Shown: positions 63,102-64,000 of the stretch, piece by piece
How the letters are laid out: every line of letters begins with the position of its first letter
Numbering within the stretch: position 1 is the first letter of the stretch
Source: Squalus acanthias
Taxonomy: Eukaryota
Assembly (NCBI GenBank): GCA_030390025.1
Contig: CM059430.1
Span: 42,222,001-42,286,000 of the forward strand
Reading direction: 5' to 3'
DNA: 64,000 nucleotides
Position numbers and translations under genes: made by a program
Notes under the pieces: generated by a model
Told to the model about the DNA's origin: nothing
Database searches by the model: none
What the model saw: only the letters and a program-made list of their open reading frames with translations

Positions 63102-63494
63102 ATTATAAATCCAAGCTATCTGCTGTCTTCTGACTTTGAGTTTGTGCCCTTGTTTGTAGGGTTTCTGACTAGGTCAAATATGTTATTACATCCTAGATTC
63201 TTGAATAACTCAGTAAATTATGTTTTTCCAGTGTAATCATTTCCAGTTTCTGTAGCCTCTCCTCATAGTTTGGTACTTAGTCCAAAGTTTTAGTTGCCCT
63301 TTGCTGAACCCCCTCAAATGATCAGATGTTCATTTTAGGATTGTGATCAAAATTTTACAAGTCTGTAGGTGAAGCTGGACCAGAGGGTGCGGAAATATAA
63401 AAGGAGTTTTACTCTGGATCTGACCCATGCTCATAGCTGACAATGGGAGCAAAAAGAGGAAAAGGTTCTGTTGACCATCAATAATAAAATTGAG

Positions 63495-64000
63495 AGGTCG
63501 CACAACACCAGGTTATAGTCCAACAGTTTTATTTTAAATCACAAGCTTTCGGAGTTACAACTCCTTCGTCGGGTGAAGTGAGGAGATACAGAATCGTCAA
63601 AGCATATATAGATAGAGAACAATGCATGTGTAACTTACAATTGCAGACAACTAAATTCAATCATCCTGACTAACTTTATCACACCTCGGCAGATAAACAA
63701 TCAGGTCAGCCAGGAAGGTACCACATCAAAGACATAGCAAGATACAACTGAGACAATGAGGTGGAGTCGCATGGGGTCTAACGTGTCAAAAGCTGCTGTC
63801 TGTATGTAAAACGATTAACTTTAAAATTTTTACTTTTTTACTGGGAATCACATCTGTGAACAAGCCAACGACGACTCGAGTCCGGATCACGTCATGTATC
63901 GTGACATAAACCCAAGATCCCGGTTGAGACCGTCTTCATGAGTGCGGAACTTGGCTATCAGTTTCTGCTCGATGATTTTGCGTTGTCGTGTTTTTCTAAG
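63495..64000 (-). mobile_element. Penelope-like element 3' end: GIY-YIG C-terminus, pLTR and hammerhead variant
   Basis: Minus strand 64000-63887 reads LRKTRQRKIIEQKLIAKFRTHEDGLNRDLGFMSRYMT*, with the GLN motif of PLE endonucleases. The hammerhead at 63539-63576 has core CCGACGA. Confidence 0.8.

Overview
This is eukaryotic vertebrate DNA, almost certainly from a cartilaginous fish, judging by HE1-type V-SINE, SacSINE1/DeuSINE, LF-SINE-like, CR1, L2, RTE and Penelope repeats. The window lies inside a + strand CHD6-9 family chromatin remodeller gene, best matching CHD9. Ten consecutive GT-AG coding exons (39794-59769; 1446 nt, 482 codons) splice into one open frame covering the basic N-terminal linker, both chromodomains and the start of the SNF2 ATPase (DEMGLGKT). 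The first ~39 kb is one large repeat-rich intron. The most notable non-obvious signals are: (1) five minimal Penelope-type hammerhead ribozyme motifs from two families, including a back-to-back palindromic pair flanked by a target-site duplication, plus an insertion whose junction falls at the predicted cleavage site; (2) a candidate intronic alternative promoter and first exon (MASVRRSRGR, strong Kozak, GTAAGT donor, in phase with the next exon); (3) a 29-bp minisatellite grown inside a Tigger-like MITE, which creates three spurious long ORFs; (4) an 81-bp segment attached to SINE tails at two loci; and (5) several Harbinger-like MITEs, one family carrying CTCF-like motifs. All family assignments are from recalled consensus features, not database searches.
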